The notes under the pieces are model-generated. The model did not search any database, was not told where the DNA came from, and saw only the letters and a program-made list of their open reading frames with translations. From Sumerlaeia bacterium (GTDB lineage: Bacteria; Sumerlaeota; Sumerlaeia; SLMS01; JAHLLQ01), in contig JAVJSW010000076.1 of NCBI GenBank assembly GCA_040219255.1, positions 1 to 39,157 of the forward strand: DNA of 39,157 bases. The letters run 5' to 3'. Within the stretch, counting starts at the first letter, position 1. Each line of letters begins with the position of its first letter. Below, piece by piece: positions 19,901-25,900 of this stretch. The translations under genes were made by a program, and so were the position numbers.

Positions 19901-22900
19901 ACTGTCGATATGACGATCAGCGGCGGCACGGATGGCAATCTGGCCGCTGGCTTCGACCCGTTCCTGAATAACATCCAGAATAGCGAAGGCCTCGCGATGA
20001 CCGCGAAGGCGCTCGAGGGCTTCGAAGAATTCAGCGATGTGATCTCTGTGGATCGGCCGCTCAGCGCCACCTTCGCCGGCGGTATCCTGACGGTGACGAC
20101 GGACATCGCTCTGGATATCGCCATCACGGTGGTCGGCAACCGCGTCAAAGTGAACGGCGGCGACCCGAGCACCGGCGAACTCCTGCCCAACCAGGTCGTC
20201 GGCATCGACGTCACCGGGTTCCAGAGCGGCTCCGGCGCCGCGACGATCGACCTCTCCGATGTGACTCCGGCCGAGTTCACGGCCCTCGCCCCGATCACGG
20301 GACGGCCCTTCGCCGTCAACATCACCGGCGGTCCGGGCAATGAAACGCTGATCGGCTCCGGCGTGGTGGACAACATTCAGGGCGCGGGCGGTAACGACAC
20401 GCTCGACGGCGGCCCCGGCGGCGATACGCTGGCGGGCGGTTCGGGCGAGACCACGTTCCGCTTCGCCAACGGCTGGGGGTCTGATTCTCTCAGCATCGAC
20501 AGCGGCACGTCCCGTCTCGACTTCGCCCCGGTGGGCAACGCGGCCAACCTGACCGCCAATATCGGCACGGGGGCGGTGACGTCCAGCAACGCGGGCGACA
20601 GCGTCAACTTCGCCTCGCTCAATGTGCAGTCCATCACCGGCGGCACCGGCGCCAATCAACTGATCCGCCCGAGCATCGCCAACACGTGGGGGATCACGGG
20701 CCAGAACGCGGGCACGATCAATGGGCTGGCCTTCGCCAATTTCGCCAACATCACAGGCGGCACCTCGACCGATGCGTTCCGGTTCTCGCAGGGCGGTTCC
20801 ATCACGGGAATCGTCAATGGCGGCGGCGGTGTGAACACCCTCGATTACAGCGGCACGAACGGCCCGGTGGTTGTGGACTTGAGTTCGGACAGCGCGAGCT
20901 TGACCGGCAGCGTGCTAAACATGACGAACGTCACGGGCTCGCCCGCGGGCGATACGCTGACCGGCAACGCGGGCGGCAATACGCTGTTGGGTCTGGGCGG
21001 TGACGACACACTCAATGGTCTCTCGGGCAACGATACTCTCAACGGCGGTGCCGACAACGACACCTATGTGTTTGCAGATGGGTGGGACAGCGAGACGATC
21101 CAGGATTCCGGCGGCAGCGATACGTTCGACTTCTCGCAGAGCACGATCTCGCTCACGGTCAATCTTGGAGTCAGCCCCATCTCTCTTGCCTCTCACTCGG
21201 TCCAATATACGCCTTCGGACATCGAGAACCTGATCGGTTCATCTCAGAGCGATTCGTTTCTCATGCCGGTGTCTTCGTTGTCTAATCTGAACCTCAATGG
21301 CGCGGGTGGTTCGGACACTTTGAACTATTCGTTATACAACACTCCCGTGGCGGTGAATCTTGCCGATGGAACGGCGACGAACCTCGGGAGTGTGACGGGA
21401 ATCGAGGACGTTTCCGGTGGCTCGGCAGACGATATTCTGACGGGCAATGACGCGGTGAATACTTTCCGCGGCAATGGAGGCAACGATCAGATGTCGGGCG
21501 GAGCCATGGTCGATGTGTACCTCTACTTTGGCGATTTCGGCATCGACACGATCATCGATGCGGCGGGCGACTACACCGTCAACCTGATCGGAGCATCCCA
21601 GCCCGTCACGGTAACCGTCGGCCCGACCTTTACCGCAACAATGCCGGGGAACCATTCGATCACAAACTCGGCGGGGTCGCCGGCCTCTGTCATCGGCAGC
21701 CCACAGAGCGATATCTTCACGATCAATTCGACCAACATCGCGGCGGTCACCCTCGATGGCCTCGGCGGCGATGATAGCTTTACTGTCAGTCTCGACGGGG
21801 TGCAGCAAACCCTCAACATCAACGATACCGGCGGAGGCGCGAACTCGCTCGTCGCCAACGCCACCAGCGGCGACGACAACCTCAGCGTCACCGTCACCGG
21901 CGTGGTCCTCAACATGACCAACACCGTCAACGTGGACGAAAACATCGGCGACATCACGGTCAACGGCCTCGCCGGCAACGACACCTTCGACCCCGTGGCC
22001 GGTTCACCCAACGCGACGATCCTGGTCGATGGCGGCACGCAGACGCTGCTCGACTCGATGAAGTACAGCTCGCAGGCCGGCGGTCTCGATCCGGTCATCA
22101 CCGAGATCACCGCCACCAGCGGCACCATCGACGAGCCCGACACGGACCGCCTCCGCGTGACCTATCGGGACATCGAATCCCTCGGCGAGGACAGCGCCCT
22201 GACGGAATTGCAAGTCGGCAACGTCTTGGTCAAGGCGGACTCGATCCTGCCGAACGGCGCCACGACCTTCGTGGCCCAGGGCACCATCAACTTCAACGAC
22301 ACACTGCGCACCACACAGGCGGTGCTCCTGGACGCCAACCCTTTGGCGCCTTCGATCAGCGGCGACCGGGCGTTGACCTTCCCCGGCATCACGGCGGACG
22401 CGGATGTGGATTCGGATGTCCTCTTCGCGGGCGGTTTCAGCATCGACGCGCGAGCCGCCGGTTTACCCGGTGGCGCCCGCATCACACCCAAGAACGGCCT
22501 CAACCCCGGCGCGCCTCTCGTGCTCTCCGGCGTCGGCATCGAACCGCGTTCGGTCGAATTGGTGGGAACCGATGTCCGAATCGACGGACGCTTCGGAGCT
22601 CCGAGCCTCTCGGACGTTCCGTTTCGCGACCTGATCCTCTCCAATGCCAATGGCGCCGACTTCAAAGAAGCGGTCTTTGAAATCGCCGACGGCATTGAGT
22701 TCGACGTGCCGGATTCGATCTCGGATATCTTCGACGATACCGGAATCAACTTCCGCGATATGGTGTCGAGCAACTTCCCCAGCAGCGTTTCCAATTCCTT
22801 CAAGTTCGACAAATTCGAAATCCGCAGCAACGGCGAAGTGGAAATCGAAGGCTCCATCTCGGGCGGCGGCGCGGTTCTCGAATTCTCCAATCCGTCCTTC

Positions 22901-25900
22901 AGCGACTCGGCGCTGACCGTCGGCTCCGCGAAGATCACCGGCCTGCCCGGAAGCGCCACCTTCGACGCGCAAGGTTTCACGGTGAATTCAACTTCGGCGA
23001 CTCTCGATACCGCCAAGTTGACGATCAACGGTCTGATTTTCGACATTACCGGCGGCGACTTCTCTTCCAGCGGCATCAGCTTCGCCACCGGCGACCTCAG
23101 CTTGCCGGGGCGCTCGCTCAAGGTCAGCCTTGTCAATATCATGGCCAGTTCCGCTGGCCTGAGCTTCGACTCCGGCGAGTTCATCTCCGGGGCTGTGAAG
23201 TTCCTTCTCGAAAACCTCAACCTCGATCTCGACGCCGGGACCTTCTCCATCGCCCGGGCTTCGGCCAACGTTCCCAACACAGACGAGTTCTCGCTCGAAG
23301 GTCTCCGCGTCGGCAGCGACGGCCAGTTCGCCGTCACCGGCGGCAGCGTCAAAGCCGCGGGCTTGCTCGTCGCCGCCTCCGGTGTGGACATCCTCGACAA
23401 CGGCGTGACCATCGGCAGCGGCGCCGTCAGCAAAGACCCCGCCGCCGGGTCCAATTCGTTCCCCAACGGCGTCTCCGTCACCTTCACAAACCTCTCGGTG
23501 CGCGACACGGGCCTGACCATCGGTTCGGGCGACGTGATGGCCAACAGCGTGAAGATCAATCTGCAAGACGGCTCCTTCACGGACCAGGGTGTCTCGATCG
23601 GCGAAGGCAACGCCGAAGTCCCCGGCGTGGAAGAGTTCTTCATTGCCGATTTCGCCATCGGTTCCGACGGCAGCTTCGCCCTGGGCGCGGCGACCTTTGC
23701 CAGCGGCGGCGTCCGCGGCAGCTACGCGAACGGTCAAATCCTGAGCAACGGCATCAGCATCGGTGAGGCCTCCCTCACCGGTCTGCCCGCCAACTCCAGC
23801 ATCGCCGTGGAAAACCTCCTCGCCACCAACACCGGCCTCTCCATCGGCCAGGGCGACGTCACCTTTGGCGGTGTGGCCTTCAGCCTGACGCAGGGCCTCT
23901 TCGGCCAGAACCCGAACCCCGACCTGGGCAACGGCGTGTCCTTCGCCTCTGGTTCGTTCACGGCCGGCGGCAGCATGCTGACACTGACCAACTTCGCGTT
24001 CAGCACCGGCCTCGGTCAGGTGCAGTTCGAACGGGCGGAAGGCAACTTCCCAGGCGTGGACGAGTTCATCCTGACCGGCCTGCTGATCAACACGCGCGGC
24101 CAGTTCAAGCTGTCCGGCGGTTCGCTGATGACCAGCACCGGCCTCGGCGCCTCGTTCTTCGACGGCGACGTTCTGAGCAACGGCATCAAGATCGGCCGCG
24201 CGTCGGTCAATGGCCTGCCCAGCGCCAGCAGCTTCTCCATCCAGAACTTGCTGGCGACCTCTTCCGGCGTCTCCATCGGTTCCGGCGACGTCAAGGTTTC
24301 GAGTCTGTCGGTTTCCCTGCGGTCGGGCAATTTCTCGGCGGAGGGCGTCGAAATCGGTAGCGGTTCGGTGGCGCTTGGTTCGCGCTCCATGAACGTGACG
24401 GAAGTGAAAGCGACCGATTCCCAATTCATGATGGGGTCCGCCAACCTGGCCATCGCCGGTTCCATGGCGAGCCTCACCGGCCTGGAAATCCTGACCAATC
24501 CGACCCGCATCGCGGTGGATGACGTGGCGCTCTCGGTGCGCAACACGGCGGGCTTCTCGCTCGAAGGGTTCAGCATCGATGGCAACGGTAAGGTCGGCGC
24601 CACCGGCGGCTCATTTATGGCGGGTCCGCTCTCGGTCTCCTTCAAGGGCGGGGATTTCTCGGGCAACGTGATCAAGATCGGCGAGGCGGAACTGACCGTC
24701 AGCGGCGACGGCGTGATGCTCACCGGCCTGGAGGTTTCCAGCACCGGGGTGATCGTCAAGTCCTCGCGCCTTAGCGCCTTCGGCCTCGTCTTCGTGCTTA
24801 ACGACGGCGCCTTCGGCAGCGACGGCTTCTCGGTGGGCAGCGCTTCGCTGAACATCCGTGGCGCGGCGGGCATGAACGTCCGCGACCTCGTTGTGAATGA
24901 CCGCTCGGTTTCCATCGGCGGCGGCGGATTCATGATGGCCGGGCTGGAAGTGGACTTCCGCACCGGCCAACCGGCCGACGGCGGCGATGGCCTCGCCATC
25001 GGAGCCACCGTCAACCTGCCCGAGTTCTTCGGCAACGGCGGGGCGGACTTCAACGTCGTCGCCCGCGATTCGGGGCTCGAAGTCGTCGATGCAATGATTT
25101 GCCTGCCGGACATTCCGCCTCGCTCGATGAAGCGTTCGCCCATCGGATTCAGCGACGTCTGCTTCACCTATCAATCGGTGCCGAACGAAATCTTCGGCGG
25201 CGGCGGCACGCTGGCCATTCCGGCGGTCGTGACCATTACCGCGAGCATCGAAATCTTCGACGGCCAGCTCAACAAACTGAGCATCACCGGCGAGGACCTC
25301 AAGGTCGCCATCGACTCCACCGGCGCGTTCCTTATCAAGGTTGGCGTTTCGGCGGAGAACCTCGCCCGGTTCCCGGGTGCCAAGCCGATGCTGTTCAAGG
25401 GCACGCTGGGGATTTCCGCCGGGCCTTCGATTCGTCTCGGCGGCACGTCCTTCTCGCTGCTGCGTCTCGACCTCAGCGGCGAGTTCGATCAATCCGGCTA
25501 CGTCAGCGTTCGCGGCGACCTGATCCTGATCAAGTTCGACATGTTCTCGGCGTTCCTGACGATCATTCCGTCGGGCCCGAACGCCGGCGTCAGCGTCGGC
25601 GCGCGCCTCAACGCCCTCTTCGTCCTCGTGGCCGAGGGCGGTCTGTCCATCGACCTCAACGCCAACGTCAGCGGCTTTGTCCGCGGCGCCATCGTCATCC
25701 CCGAGGACATCCCGGTCTTCGGCGGCTTCGAACTGGCCAGCGTCCGCGCCGACTTCGGCAATACCTTCGTCTCCGGCGAGGCCTGTTTCATCGGCATCTG
25801 CGGCGGCTTCATCTTCGACTCGGATGGCTTCCGCATCAAAGAAAACGACACGCGGCGCTTTGCTGAATGGGAAATTCCCTACGACCGCGCCGTCACCCTC

